Counted from the first letter of the stretch, positions 30,256 through 41,349 are shown. The stretch is DNA of 64,000 bases from an uncultured Staphylococcaceae bacterium (GCA_964541525.1 CAZIQF010000005.1:5114-69113); one strand, 5' to 3'. Notes: generated from the sequence alone by a model not told the origin. Program-made: numbers and translations.

Positions 30256-31995
30256 ATGAAAGAAGCATTTAAACATCTTAGTTGGTTTTTTAAGCGTGAA
30301 TGGAAAACTTATTTAATATGTATGATCCTTTTACTATTAGTATCAATCATTCCTTTAATTCCAGCCAAAATTTTAGGGATGGCAATTGATGATATTTCAA
30401 TGGGATTAATTACTTTACCAGGTGTTTTTAAGTATGCATTTCTATTATTTATTTGTCCTTTTTTGACCTATTTGCTCAACATTATATATCACTATACGAT
30501 GAGCAAACTTGGTCATAAATTATCATATGAGTTAAGAGAACATTATATAATACATCTATTTATTATGGATGATGCATTATATGAAAAATATACTAAAGGT
30601 GATTTAATTAGTAGAGCCACTAATGACTTAAATAACTTAACTAGTCTTGCCACAACATTCTTACAAAATGTCATTTTTTATTCTGCAACAATTATTACTG
30701 CAGTAATTTTAATGGTTAGTATTAGTCCATCGCTGACTTTAGCATCAGTTGCGTTTATGCCGATTGTAATCTTCGTTTTAAATCGAATTAGGCTCGAAAA
30801 AAGGAAGTACTATAAAATTCATCATGAAATTTACGGAGCCATGACAGAAAGCGTCTTAGAATCAATTGAAGGGGTGAAAACCGTTAGAGCCTACGGTTAT
30901 GAAGAACAAGATTTTGAAAAAACGAAAAAAGCGATTACTGCTGATGTCAACTCATGGTGGAAAATCCAAAAATTTGAATCTGTCTTTTCCCCATTATTTG
31001 AATTAGTGTATGCAGTAGCTTATTTTATTGCAATTGGTTTTGGCACTTATCAAGTTATTAATGGGATGGTTAGCCCTGGTAATCTAGTTTCTTATTTAGT
31101 ATATGTGGGTACGCTTTATTCACCATTAATTGGTCTTAGTAATATTCTAAATATCATGAACAATATTGTCATTGCAGATACTAGATTTAATGAAATTATG
31201 AATTCAACACCTGAGGTAATTGATGGGGGTAACAGTGACAAAATTAGTGATTTTCAATCACTAACATTTTCGAATGTAACATTTAGATATCCAGGTAGTG
31301 ACATTGATACCATTACTAATATTAATTTTACCATCAATAAAGGTGAAACAATTGGGATTGTTGGTCCTACTGGTGGTGGTAAATCAACCTTAATCAAACA
31401 AATCCTAAGAGAATTTAATCCCACATGTGGTGATATTTACCTTAATGATAAAAATATTAAAGAATACAGAATTGAAGATGTTCGAAGCCTAGTTGGATAT
31501 GTTCCACAGAACCATATTTTATTTCGAAGAAGTGTGCTTGATAATATTTTAATTGGAAAATTAGATGCATCCAAAAGTGAAATTGATATGGCAATGGAAA
31601 TTGCTGACTTTAAGAAAGATTTATCCATTTTAAGTGATGGAACTGGAACGATGGTAGCTGAACTTGGCGAATCATTATCTGGTGGACAACGTCAAAGATT
31701 ATCAATTGCGAGAGCATTAGTTAAAGATCCAGAAATTTTAATTTTAGATGATTCCTTAAGTGCGGTTGATGCCTTAACCGAAAGTAATATCATTGGTAAA
31801 TTAAAGACCTTTAGAAGTAATAAAACCAATATTATTATTGCTCATCGATTTAGTGCGTTAGAAAATGCCGATAAAATCATTGTCGTTGAAGATGGTATGA
31901 TTACTGATATTAATTCACCCCAAAAATTATTAGAATACGATAATTGGTATAAAAGACAATATGAAGAACAACTAAAAGGTGATAGCCATGAATAA
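30256..31995 (+). CDS. ABC exporter, fused permease and ATPase (second pair, half 1)
   Basis: GPTGGGKST, LSGGQRQRLSIARAL, ILILDD. RBS AGGAGGG. Confidence 0.85.
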   Translation: MKEAFKHLSWFFKREWKTYLICMILLLLVSIIPLIPAKILGMAIDDISMGLITLPGVFKYAFLLFICPFLTYLLNIIYHYTMSKLGHKLSYELREHYIIHLFIMDDALYEKYTKGDLISRATNDLNNLTSLATTFLQNVIFYSATIITAVILMVSISPSLTLASVAFMPIVIFVLNRIRLEKRKYYKIHHEIYGAMTESVLESIEGVKTVRAYGYEEQDFEKTKKAITADVNSWWKIQKFESVFSPLFELVYAVAYFIAIGFGTYQVINGMVSPGNLVSYLVYVGTLYSPLIGLSNILNIMNNIVIADTRFNEIMNSTPEVIDGGNSDKISDFQSLTFSNVTFRYPGSDIDTITNINFTINKGETIGIVGPTGGGKSTLIKQILREFNPTCGDIYLNDKNIKEYRIEDVRSLVGYVPQNHILFRRSVLDNILIGKLDASKSEIDMAMEIADFKKDLSILSDGTGTMVAELGESLSGGQRQRLSIARALVKDPEILILDDSLSAVDALTESNIIGKLKTFRSNKTNIIIAHRFSALENADKIIVVEDGMITDINSPQKLLEYDNWYKRQYEEQLKGDSHE

Positions 31996-34012
31996 CTATA
32001 AACGATTATTACACTTTTTAAAAGGGCGAATGCGATATTTTTATATCAGTTTAATTATGATTTTAATTGTTCAACTCTTAAACTTTATTTCGCCATTATT
32101 AGTTAAAACCCTACTGGATGATTACATTATGGGAATTGAATACGATCTTGTTGAAGTTAGCGAAGGTGATCAAGAAACAACCAAATATCAAGATCGATAC
32201 TTCAAACAAGTACGATATTTAGATGAAGATGATGTAATTATAAAAGATGTCAGTATTGTCTTATATAAAACGGGGATTTATTTTGTTGATGCCAAGGTAA
32301 ACTCTGGTTCAAAAGAACTAATTGATAATCAATTAGTTATTACCACCACTGATCATCTCACTTATGTATATCAAGCAACTAAACTATCACGTGATGAAAT
32401 TTTTGCTTTCTATAATCCAATGTTACATTTTATTTTAGTCATTATTGGTTTAATCTTTATTAAGTCGGTGATTACTATTATTTGTAATTTTGTTCAATTG
32501 ATGTGCACTAATCGCGTCGTAAACAGAATGGTTTTAGAAGAGCGAATCAAGGGAATGAAAGCAGTTGAACGTTTGCCAATTAAAGAATTTGAACAAGAAC
32601 CAGCAGGTAAAATGGCTAATCGGATTACACGAGATGTTGATGGTATTTTAATGTTATACCGACAACTATTAAATATGTTTTTTAGTGCATTCCTATCATT
32701 TATTTTCGCTTATGTTGGAATGTTCTATTTAGATGTCAAATTAGCATTACTCAGTCTTTTAATTTATCCATTTATTTTCATTTGGATTAAATTTTTCTTA
32801 AAACATTTGAAAAAAATTGCTGAAAAAGTTAATGAGGCAAGCAGCATGTTAACAGCTAAAATTAATGAAATTATCAATGGGATTAATATTTTACAAATCT
32901 TCAATTTTAAAAATCAAACTGTTAAAGAATTTAATCAAATCAATCACGAATATAAAGAGGAACAATTAAAAGATGTTAAACTGAATTTAAAATTAGGTTG
33001 GAACTTAATTAATGTGATTAAAGGAATTATTACCACGCTGGTAGTTGTTTATTTTGGCCTTCAATATACAGTCATTAAGGGAATTGTCGTAACAGCGGGA
33101 TTAATTTATGCTTATAACCAATATATTTTAAAATTAGTTGAACCAATTCATATTATCTTTACGCAAATCAGTACTTTTCAAAATTCTCATGTGCAAACAT
33201 CAAGATATCATAAACTAATTGAAACACCATTAGAAGATGATACAGTAGCGGATATTGAAAGGTATAAGGGGAAAATTTGCTTCAAGCATGTTTCATTTAG
33301 GTATACTCCTGATACATATGTACTACAAGATATTAACTTTGAAATTAAAGAAAGACAAATGGTAGCCTTGGTTGGTCATACCGGAAGTGGTAAAAGTTCG
33401 TTAATGAATTTATTACTAAGATTCTATGATTTAGAAACTAATCATGGAACCATATTGGTTGATGACATGGATATTTCTACAATTGATAAAAGGACTTACC
33501 GAAAGCATATTGGGATTGTTTTACAAGAACCGGTTTTATTTAAAGGAACCATTGGTAGTAATATCAAATTCGGTAAAGATGTTAGTGATGAGCTTGTATG
33601 CGAAGTTTTATCAATGATTGGTGGCGATAAACTAATCAAGAAATTTCCAAAAGGAATTCATCAAGAAATTACTCGAGCTGGACTTAATATGAGCGCTGGT
33701 GAAAAACAAATTATTTCACTCGCAAGAGTCTTGATTCATAATCCAAGTATTCTAATTATGGATGAAGCCACTTCACATATTGATTTAGAAACGGAAAGTA
33801 TGATTAAAAAAGCCTTAAAAGTGGTAGCTAAAGATCGGACAGTGATTGTAATTGCTCACCGACTTTCAACGATTTATGATGCTGATAAAATTATTGTTTT
33901 GGATCATGGTAAAGTTGCAGAAGAAGGAACACATGCGGAGTTACTTAATCATGAAGGCGTATATAAAAGTATTTATGAAGCACAAAAAGGTGGATTTGAT
34001 GAAGCTGCATAA
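31988..34012 (+). CDS. ABC exporter, fused permease and ATPase (second pair, half 2) with a ~110-aa extracytoplasmic insert after TM1
   Basis: GHTGSGKSS, MSAGEKQIISLARVL, ILIMDEATS. Long acidic loop between TM1 and TM2. Confidence 0.85.
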   Translation: MNNYKRLLHFLKGRMRYFYISLIMILIVQLLNFISPLLVKTLLDDYIMGIEYDLVEVSEGDQETTKYQDRYFKQVRYLDEDDVIIKDVSIVLYKTGIYFVDAKVNSGSKELIDNQLVITTTDHLTYVYQATKLSRDEIFAFYNPMLHFILVIIGLIFIKSVITIICNFVQLMCTNRVVNRMVLEERIKGMKAVERLPIKEFEQEPAGKMANRITRDVDGILMLYRQLLNMFFSAFLSFIFAYVGMFYLDVKLALLSLLIYPFIFIWIKFFLKHLKKIAEKVNEASSMLTAKINEIINGINILQIFNFKNQTVKEFNQINHEYKEEQLKDVKLNLKLGWNLINVIKGIITTLVVVYFGLQYTVIKGIVVTAGLIYAYNQYILKLVEPIHIIFTQISTFQNSHVQTSRYHKLIETPLEDDTVADIERYKGKICFKHVSFRYTPDTYVLQDINFEIKERQMVALVGHTGSGKSSLMNLLLRFYDLETNHGTILVDDMDISTIDKRTYRKHIGIVLQEPVLFKGTIGSNIKFGKDVSDELVCEVLSMIGGDKLIKKFPKGIHQEITRAGLNMSAGEKQIISLARVLIHNPSILIMDEATSHIDLETESMIKKALKVVAKDRTVIVIAHRLSTIYDADKIIVLDHGKVAEEGTHAELLNHEGVYKSIYEAQKGGFDEAA

Positions 34013-34051
34013 TCAAAAAAAGAACTAGTTCAAATGAATGAATTAGTTCTT

Positions 34052-34570
34052 TTAAATTTCAATGAGATAGAAACCATATGGGTACAATTCTAACTTTTCT
34101 TCAATTTCAATTTCATCGCCACAATTAATACAATAGTGAGTAGAATTTTTTAAACAATCAGGCACATCAATGACAATATCAGTTTCAGTTGGATTAAAGA
34201 TGATAATTACATTACCACGTTTATAGATTTGATACATTAGGTTAAGTGCAATTACTTCTTTAGGACTTTTAAAATCCTCAGGATAGGAATCAAGTACACT
34301 CTTAATAAAGGTAAGATACATATTGTCAGCACCAGTTAATTGTGCTTGTTGATTAAGTCGATTGGGTAATAACCATAAATATAAATAGGTTAACATTACC
34401 ATATCAGGATTATATTCCACAAAACTATCATCAGTGATATGATGATGAAAATTAGTTAATTCGCCAGGATTAACTATTTTTAAATATTGATCCATTTTTT
34501 CCATAAACTCATTAAATGATATTTGTTTGGTAAAAAATTCATTATAAATCATAATAAATGTATATTGCAT
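34052..34570 (-). CDS. Hypothetical protein with a C-terminal CxxC..C.NC element
   Basis: 172 aa ORF only. No family recognised. Confidence 0.45.
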   Translation of the reverse strand: MQYTFIMIYNEFFTKQISFNEFMEKMDQYLKIVNPGELTNFHHHITDDSFVEYNPDMVMLTYLYLWLLPNRLNQQAQLTGADNMYLTFIKSVLDSYPEDFKSPKEVIALNLMYQIYKRGNVIIIFNPTETDIVIDVPDCLKNSTHYCINCGDEIEIEEKLELYPYGFYLIEI

Positions 34571-34737
34571 AAAGACTCCTTTTGATTAGTTATATTATAC
34601 TAAAAAATAATTAAAATTGCAAAAATAATAGTCGGTAAAAATTGTAAAATCAAAAATAAAAAGATTATTTTTTTAGTTGTCGAAATGAATGAAAAGATGT
34701 ATAATATATAACTAGTAAGAAAAAGGAGAAATTAACA

Positions 34738-35331
34738 ATGGATATCAGAAGAAATAATGATGGTTGGATTGAAGTAATCTGTGGAAGTATGTTTGCTGGT
34801 AAAACCGAAGAACTAATTAGAAGAATTAATCGAATCAAATATGCGAAAAAAACAATTGTTGTCTTTAAACCCAAGATTGATAATCGTTATGATGATATTC
34901 AAGTTGTTTCTCACTCTAATTTAAGAGTTGATGCCATCCCGATTTCAACCGCTAAAGAAGCCTGTGGTTACTTAACAACTTTACCATATGCAGTAGCTTT
35001 TGATGAAGTTCAATTCTTTGAACAAGATATTGTCGATTTATGTGAACGTCTGGCTAATTCCGGAGTTAGAGTTATCTGTGCTGGTCTTGATTTAGACTTT
35101 AGAGGTGAACCATTTGGAATAATGCCAGAATTATTATGTCGTGCTGAATTTGTTACTAAATTAAATGCGATTTGTACTGTTTGTGGTGCACCAGCAACGA
35201 GAACACAAAGAATCATTAATGGTCGTCCTGCTGATTATGAAGATCCAATTATTCTCGTTAGTGCTCATGAAAAGTATGAAGCGAGATGTCGTTTCTGTCA
35301 TCAAGTTCCTCATAAAAATTACCATGAATAA
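34738..35331 (+). CDS. tdk: Thymidine kinase
   Basis: [15 protein letters not shown]-loop and C-terminal zinc ribbon CTVCG...CRFCH. Promoter TTGTCG-17-TATAAT upstream. Confidence 0.9.
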   Translation: MDIRRNNDGWIEVICGSMFAGKTEELIRRINRIKYAKKTIVVFKPKIDNRYDDIQVVSHSNLRVDAIPISTAKEACGYLTTLPYAVAFDEVQFFEQDIVDLCERLANSGVRVICAGLDLDFRGEPFGIMPELLCRAEFVTKLNAICTVCGAPATRTQRIINGRPADYEDPIILVSAHEKYEARCRFCHQVPHKNYHE

Positions 35332-35794
35332 TCATCAAGATGAATATTTTATGACTCTTGCATTAAAAGAAGCTAGGAAAGCATACATTAAAAAAGAAGT
35401 GCCAGTAGGTTGTGTAATTGTACTTAATGGTGAAGTGATTGCTAGAGCTCATAATCAAAGACATAAAAACAAATCAGTATTTGATCATGCTGAGATAATC
35501 GCTATTAAAAAGGCAAATAAAAAATTAAATAGTTGGATGTTAGATGAGGCAATTATGTATGTAACTTTAGAACCATGTTTAATGTGTGCTGGAGCAATTA
35601 TCCAATCACGAATTAAAAGAATTGTATATGCTGCGACTGAACCGAAATTTGGTGTATTCGGTAGCGTACTTAATCTAAAAGATCATATGCATAAATTCAA
35701 TCATCAATTAGAAGTTACCCCTTTAATTATGAAAGAAGAGTCATCAACGCTGCTTAAAACCTTTTTTAAAGAAATTAGAAACACTAAGTCCTAA
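35324..35794 (+). CDS. tadA: tRNA-specific adenosine deaminase
   Basis: HAE (DHAEIIAIK) and PCLMCAGAI zinc-ligand motifs. Start ATG overlaps the tdk stop (ATGAATAA). The ORF-track upstream extension was ignored. Confidence 0.9.
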   Translation: MNNHQDEYFMTLALKEARKAYIKKEVPVGCVIVLNGEVIARAHNQRHKNKSVFDHAEIIAIKKANKKLNSWMLDEAIMYVTLEPCLMCAGAIIQSRIKRIVYAATEPKFGVFGSVLNLKDHMHKFNHQLEVTPLIMKEESSTLLKTFFKEIRNTKS

Positions 35795-35809
35795 ATTAAG
35801 AATAATAAT

Positions 35810-35838
35810 TTGACATTTGTTATAAAATATATTATAAT
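35810..35838 (+). promoter_or_regulatory. Consensus sigma-A promoter (TTGACA-17-TATAAT) driving the SRP RNA
   Basis: TTGACA at 35810-35815, exact 17 bp spacer, TATAAT at 35833-35838. Confidence 0.7.
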
Positions 35839-35844
35839 ATTACT

Positions 35845-35962
35845 AGATCTTATTTTAAGTACCTTCATCCAAGGCTCCATAGCGAACCAGGTCAGATCGT
35901 GATTGAAGCAGCCTTAAACTTTTTGTAGCTTGTGGGTGGGGGGACTTAAGATAAGATCTTTT
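35845..35962 (+). ncRNA. ffs: Small (4.5S-type) signal recognition particle RNA
   Basis: Terminal helix AGATCTTATTTTAAGT / ACTTAAGATAAGATCT. Internal ACCAGGTCAG..GAAGCAGCC matches the conserved SRP domain IV motif. Ends in a T-run. Lies immediately downstream of tadA, as scr does in Bacillus. Confidence 0.75.
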
Positions 35963-35982
35963 TAAGTTTAAAGAGAGAGAAG

Positions 35983-36765
35983 ATGAATTTTATGGAACAA
36001 ATTAAAGCGTTTTTTTCATACTTTTTTGGTAAAGGTGATGTGATTGAATTTCACTATTTTTCACTAGCACATATCTTACCAATCGTACTAATGATTTTAG
36101 TTATTGTTTTAATTTATCAGTTTAGAAATAAATTAAGAAACTTAACTTGTGAACCAAAAATTAGATTAGCACTTGCTTTTGTTTTAATTATCACGGAAAT
36201 GTCATATTTTTGGCGTTTAGTTGGGGTGGAAAGTTTAAATGCTAATCCAGTTGATCACTTGCCAATTACTGTATGTGGATGGTCAATTATTTTTTGCAGT
36301 TTCTTATTGACGTCTAAAAATCAAACCCTATTTGATATATCTTACTTTTGGGTTTTTTCGGGGACTATTTTTGCGTTAATCACACCGACTGTTATTGCCT
36401 ATACTGGCCCAACTAGATTTAGATATTATCAATTTTGGGGTGAACATACTCTAGGGTATATTGCGATATTTTATATGATTTTTGTCCATGGATTTAGACC
36501 TAATTATAAATCAATGGCTAAATCATATGTGGCATTAGGCATTCTCGCAGTGATTGCGTATTGTGCTAATCGAATGTTAGGCCCTGGTGCTAATTACTTG
36601 TTTATGGCAGAACCAGAAGAAACACCATCGATTTTAGATATCTTGCCACCTAATTTTGCACTTAGAGTTTTAGTTATGGCCTCAATCATTACAATTTTAT
36701 TTATTTTAGCGTATCTTCCATGGTTGATGATGGATCGAAAAAAGAAACTACAAGTTGGTAAATAA
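35983..36765 (+). CDS. Integral membrane protein, YwaF/TIGR02206-like
   Basis: 260 aa, 7-8 transmembrane helices. Family call tentative. Confidence 0.5.
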   Translation: MNFMEQIKAFFSYFFGKGDVIEFHYFSLAHILPIVLMILVIVLIYQFRNKLRNLTCEPKIRLALAFVLIITEMSYFWRLVGVESLNANPVDHLPITVCGWSIIFCSFLLTSKNQTLFDISYFWVFSGTIFALITPTVIAYTGPTRFRYYQFWGEHTLGYIAIFYMIFVHGFRPNYKSMAKSYVALGILAVIAYCANRMLGPGANYLFMAEPEETPSILDILPPNFALRVLVMASIITILFILAYLPWLMMDRKKKLQVGK

Positions 36766-36793
36766 TTAAGGAGTTCTAAACATAAAATTTAAT

Positions 36794-38170
36794 ATGATTA
36801 ATTTTATTATCAAATATTGGTACATACCAATTTTAGTTTTAATTTTTTTAACGGGAATTATTCTAACGATTAGATTAAGAGGAATTCAGTTTCGATGTTT
36901 AGGTAAAGCATTAAAATTAATGTTTAGTTCGAAAAAAGATGGTGAGGGTGAAGTATCAACCTTTGGTGCTTTATGCATATCGCTTTCGGCGACAATTGGT
37001 ACTGGTAATATTATTGGTGTTGCAACAGCTCTAGCCATTGGTGGTCCTGGTGCTTTATTTTGGATGACTTTTTTTGCTATTTTTGGTCTTGCCACTAAAT
37101 ATTCTGAAGGTTTTCTTGCAATTAAATATCGAAAGTTTAGTTCGAATGGTGAAGTTCAGGGTGGACCATTTGCATATATTGAGTATGGTATGGGTAAGAA
37201 ATTTATTCCCCTTGCTAAAACCTTTGCTTTATGTGCAGCAATCGCTTCAGCATTAGGAATTGGAACGATGACCCAATCAAATGGTATTAGTGAAGCAATT
37301 ATTAATGTTGTACCATTAAATATTGCAAATTTACATCTTAATTTTTTTAATCAAAATGTTAGTATAGTATCTTTAGTTGTAGGAATGATTATTACCATTT
37401 TGACTGGTTTAATTATTTTTGGTGGTGTAAAAAGAATTGCTAAAGTTTGTGAATATATCGTTCCTTTTATGGCATTTATTTATCTTGGTAGCACCCTTTT
37501 AATCTTAATCTTAAATTATCAATTAATTCCTAATGCGTTAAAAGATATAGTAATACTTGCAGTAAACCCTAAAAGTGCGATTGGGGCTTTAGCCGGATAT
37601 ACTATTCTTAAAGCCATTGTTAATGGGGCCCAAAAAGGTATTTTTGCCAATGAAGCAGGACTTGGATCAACTCCGATTGCTCTTGCAACTTCATCAACTA
37701 ATGATCCAGTTAAAGAAGGTTTAATCTCAATGGCAGGGATGGTTATTACGATTGTTATTTGTATTATGACTGGTCTTGCAGTAGTCATCACCAATGCTTA
37801 TAATACCGGCTTATTAGGAATCAATATTACTAACCTAGCGTTTACTAAAGGTTTAATCTTTAATGAAACATTTAGTTCAGTAATTTTACTTTTATGTATT
37901 ATCTTTTTTGCGTTTACTACGATTATTGGTTGGAATGTATATGGAGTTAAATGTATTAATTACTTAACGAACAATAATCAAAAAGTGGCTAAAATCTATA
38001 TAGTTTTTTATTTATTAATGGTTTATTTAGGTTCATTTTTAAAAGTTGATTTAATTTGGAATCTAGCAGATATTTTTAATGGTTTAATGGCTATTCCCAA
38101 TTTAATTGCGTTAATCTATTTAAGTAAAGATGTATCAAAAACCACAATTGATGTCTTATACAAGGAGTAA
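36794..38170 (+). CDS. Alanine/glycine:cation symporter (AGCS family)
   Basis: GGPGALFWMTFFAIFGLATKYSEGFLAIKYR is a characteristic AGCS block. 458 aa polytopic. Confidence 0.85.
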   Translation: MINFIIKYWYIPILVLIFLTGIILTIRLRGIQFRCLGKALKLMFSSKKDGEGEVSTFGALCISLSATIGTGNIIGVATALAIGGPGALFWMTFFAIFGLATKYSEGFLAIKYRKFSSNGEVQGGPFAYIEYGMGKKFIPLAKTFALCAAIASALGIGTMTQSNGISEAIINVVPLNIANLHLNFFNQNVSIVSLVVGMIITILTGLIIFGGVKRIAKVCEYIVPFMAFIYLGSTLLILILNYQLIPNALKDIVILAVNPKSAIGALAGYTILKAIVNGAQKGIFANEAGLGSTPIALATSSTNDPVKEGLISMAGMVITIVICIMTGLAVVITNAYNTGLLGINITNLAFTKGLIFNETFSSVILLLCIIFFAFTTIIGWNVYGVKCINYLTNNNQKVAKIYIVFYLLMVYLGSFLKVDLIWNLADIFNGLMAIPNLIALIYLSKDVSKTTIDVLYKE

Positions 38171-38173
38171 ATA

Positions 38174-39157
38174 ATGAAAATCGGAAAAGTTGAAACAAGG
38201 AATAATGTAATCTTAGCCCCAATGGCTGGCGTTACAACTGCAGCATTTAGAACACTGGCTTTAGAACATGGAGCAGGAATGGTTTATGCCGAAATGGTTA
38301 GTGATAAAGGTCTTGCATATGCGAACAATAAAACTCTAGAAATGATTGAAGTCGATGCTAAAGAACATCCAATTGCGATGCAAGTGTTTGGTTCTAGTCC
38401 CGATACTATTTTAGAAGCAGCAAAACTGATTGAATCGCGTTCGCAAGCAGATATTATTGATGTTAATATGGGATGTCCAGTCCAAAAAATTATTAAAGCG
38501 GGATCGGGATCAGCCTTACTAAAAAACCCAGATAAGATTTATGAAATTGTTAAAACTTTAGTTGATAATATTAGCCTACCCGTAACCGTTAAAATTAGAG
38601 CGGGATATGATCATTCATCGATCAATTGTGATAAGGTCAGTAAATTAATCGAACAAGCCGGAGCGAAAGCGATTTGTATTCATGGTAGAACCAGATCAGA
38701 TATGTATAATGGTAGTGCCAATTTAGATTATATTAAAATGGTCAAAGAAGCAGTATCAATTCCGGTTATTGGTAATGGTGACATCAAAGATGTTACCTCA
38801 GCTCTTAAGATGAAAAATGAAACGGGATGTGATGCGTTAATGATTGGCCGTGCAGCTTGTGGTAATCCTTGGATTTTTGAAGAAATCAACACCTTTTTAA
38901 CGACCGGAGAAATAATTGAAAGACCAACTAAACAAGCAATAATTGAAACAATGTTAGAACATACCAAAAGATTGATTACTCTAAAAGGTGAACATGTCGC
39001 TTTAGTTGAAATGCGAACTCATGCTGCTTGGTATTTAAAACAATTAATTGGAACTAAGAATTATCGTCAACAAGTTGTATCGGTATCAAGCTTTGAAGCA
39101 TTAGAAAGACTCGCAGTAGAAATTATTAATAATGACTTGATATATGTAAAACGATAG
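38174..39157 (+). CDS. dusB: tRNA dihydrouridine synthase
   Basis: LAPMAGVTT..FR, DINMGCP and the TIM-barrel FMN pattern. Terminator at about 39160-39180. Confidence 0.9.
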   Translation: MKIGKVETRNNVILAPMAGVTTAAFRTLALEHGAGMVYAEMVSDKGLAYANNKTLEMIEVDAKEHPIAMQVFGSSPDTILEAAKLIESRSQADIIDVNMGCPVQKIIKAGSGSALLKNPDKIYEIVKTLVDNISLPVTVKIRAGYDHSSINCDKVSKLIEQAGAKAICIHGRTRSDMYNGSANLDYIKMVKEAVSIPVIGNGDIKDVTSALKMKNETGCDALMIGRAACGNPWIFEEINTFLTTGEIIERPTKQAIIETMLEHTKRLITLKGEHVALVEMRTHAAWYLKQLIGTKNYRQQVVSVSSFEALERLAVEIINNDLIYVKR

Positions 39158-39218
39158 GTAAAAAAATACCTATCGTTTTTATATGCATATTTTTATCGAT
39201 TATTTAATATTTTATAGT

Positions 39219-39941
39219 ATGAAAAAAATATTGATCATTTTAATTATCTTTTTTTTATTTTTAATTTCTAGTTGTAAAAAACAAGAAGAAAGCAAAATTG
39301 AATGTATGAAAGTATCATGTATTGAAGATTTAACGCATTCTACCTTAACGGTTTACTTAAATATATATACTACTTTAGATGTGGAAACAATAAAAATTCC
39401 CAATCAACAATATTTAGAAAGTTCGATTTTAACTTTAAAAAAAATTACTGAATATTGTTTTGAAGAACAATTGGAAAAAGCTTTTGTTTATCAATTTTTA
39501 TTAACTTTTAAAAATGAAGTCTTTACTTTAACTAAAATTAAGCTTCTAATCAATGATATCAGTCAAACAATTGATATTGGTCTTTACAAAACGATTAAGA
39601 TTAATCATGATGATGTGGATATTAAAGTTACGACTAATATTGTTGATCAAAACATTGAAATCTATGTTCATAATAATTTAGATCGAACGATTTATTTAAC
39701 GAAAGTAGAAGAATACTTAATGTCCAATCTCAATTTACAAGTTGGGAAAATTAACCTTAGTGAGACATATTTATATTCAGGAGCGACTAGAAGTTTTAAT
39801 GTAATTGAATTAACCATCCCTCAAAACTATAAAATGGTATCGGGTATTTTAAAATTGGAATTTACTACTAATTTAAAAAAATATCAAGTGTATGCAACTT
39901 ATTACTTAAATGACACAGTAGAAGTGTTAAATATAATTTAA
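39219..39941 (+). CDS. Hypothetical lipoprotein
   Basis: MKKILIILIIFFLFLISSC lipobox. No clear SD, so the start is uncertain. Confidence 0.5.
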   Translation: MKKILIILIIFFLFLISSCKKQEESKIECMKVSCIEDLTHSTLTVYLNIYTTLDVETIKIPNQQYLESSILTLKKITEYCFEEQLEKAFVYQFLLTFKNEVFTLTKIKLLINDISQTIDIGLYKTIKINHDDVDIKVTTNIVDQNIEIYVHNNLDRTIYLTKVEEYLMSNLNLQVGKINLSETYLYSGATRSFNVIELTIPQNYKMVSGILKLEFTTNLKKYQVYATYYLNDTVEVLNII

Positions 39942-39961
39942 AAAAGACTCAAACTATGAGT

Positions 39962-41239
39962 CTATTTAATTTCATATTCTTGGTATAAGTTATATAAGTA
40001 TTCACTTAAGGTTACAACCACCTTGATGCCTTCATTTAAATATTCAGTACTACTAATATGGGCTTTTTCTTTTAAGACATTATAGATTTCTCCTTTGGTA
40101 TAAGGAAGCATTAAACTAACTGTTAAGTCTTTAAATAATATACTTTCAATATATGTTAGTAGTTCATCAATTCCTTCAAGCGTGCGATTGGATATTTTAA
40201 GCATTGGTTGATATTCGGTAGGAATGAAAATCAAATTTTTGACTAAATCAACTTTATTATATGCATAAACAATCGGAATATCGCTACAACCTAATTTCTT
40301 TAATACTTCATTGGTTGTTTCAATTTGCCATTTCATATATGGACTTGAAGCATCAATTAAATGAACAATTAGTGAACTTTCGGTAATTTCTTCTAAAGTT
40401 GATTTAAAAGATTCAACTAAATGATGGGGCAATTTATTGACAAAACCAACTGTATCTGTGATTAAAAATTCATGATTATTAGCCAGTTTAATTCTTCTTG
40501 TGGAAGTATCTAGGGTTGCAAAAAGCATATCTTTAACGAATACTTCCTTTTCAACATCGCTACCAGCACATCTTAATAAGCTATTAATCGTTGAAGACTT
40601 TCCAGCATTAGTATAGCCAACAAATGATACAACTAAAGTATTAGTTTTCTTTCGCATTTTTCTCGCAGTTTGGCGATCTAAGCTAATTGCATATAAATCG
40701 CTTTTTAATTTATCAATGCGTTTTTCAATAATTCGACGGTCTAACTCTAATTTAGTTTCACCGGCTCCTCTTCTCGCACCAGCACCACCACTAGCGCCAC
40801 CACCAGTTCTTGAAAGGTTTTTTCTCGCACCGACTAATCTTGGTAACATATAGTTAAGATGAGCTAATTCAACTTGTAATGTTGCCTCTTTGGTCCGAGC
40901 TCTTGTTTTAAAAATTTCTAAAATTAGCATTGTTCGATCCATGATTTCACATTCTATTACATCAGCTAAATTAGCTAATTGAGCAGGAGTTAATTCATCA
41001 TTAAAGATAACTAAATCAACATCTTTAATTTCGACCATCTCTTTAATTTCGAAGACTTTACCACTACCAACATAAGTAGCGTTATTAAATGAAGGTAAGT
41101 TTTGGGTAATCACTGCGACACATTCCATCATACATGCCTCACAAAGTGCCGAAAGTTCTTTCATTTCATAATTAAAAAATTCTTCATTTTTTGTACATAC
41201 ACCAACAATAATCGCTTTTCTAGTTATCATTTCTTCCAT
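39962..41239 (-). CDS. hflX: GTPase HflX
   Basis: HflX N-domain (AIIVGV..), G1 GYTNAGKSS, G3 DTVGF, G4 NKVD. Start at the ATG after RBS GGAGGTG. Confidence 0.85.
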   Translation of the reverse strand: MEEMITRKAIIVGVCTKNEEFFNYEMKELSALCEACMMECVAVITQNLPSFNNATYVGSGKVFEIKEMVEIKDVDLVIFNDELTPAQLANLADVIECEIMDRTMLILEIFKTRARTKEATLQVELAHLNYMLPRLVGARKNLSRTGGGASGGAGARRGAGETKLELDRRIIEKRIDKLKSDLYAISLDRQTARKMRKKTNTLVVSFVGYTNAGKSSTINSLLRCAGSDVEKEVFVKDMLFATLDTSTRRIKLANNHEFLITDTVGFVNKLPHHLVESFKSTLEEITESSLIVHLIDASSPYMKWQIETTNEVLKKLGCSDIPIVYAYNKVDLVKNLIFIPTEYQPMLKISNRTLEGIDELLTYIESILFKDLTVSLMLPYTKGEIYNVLKEKAHISSTEYLNEGIKVVVTLSEYLYNLYQEYEIK

Positions 41240-41349
41240 ATAATAACACCTCCACATTACTAGTATATCACAAAAGGACTTAATTTATAATAATTTAACA
41301 ATACCTTTCATATACTTAACTATAGGTAATGAAGAAAGGAAGAAAAATA

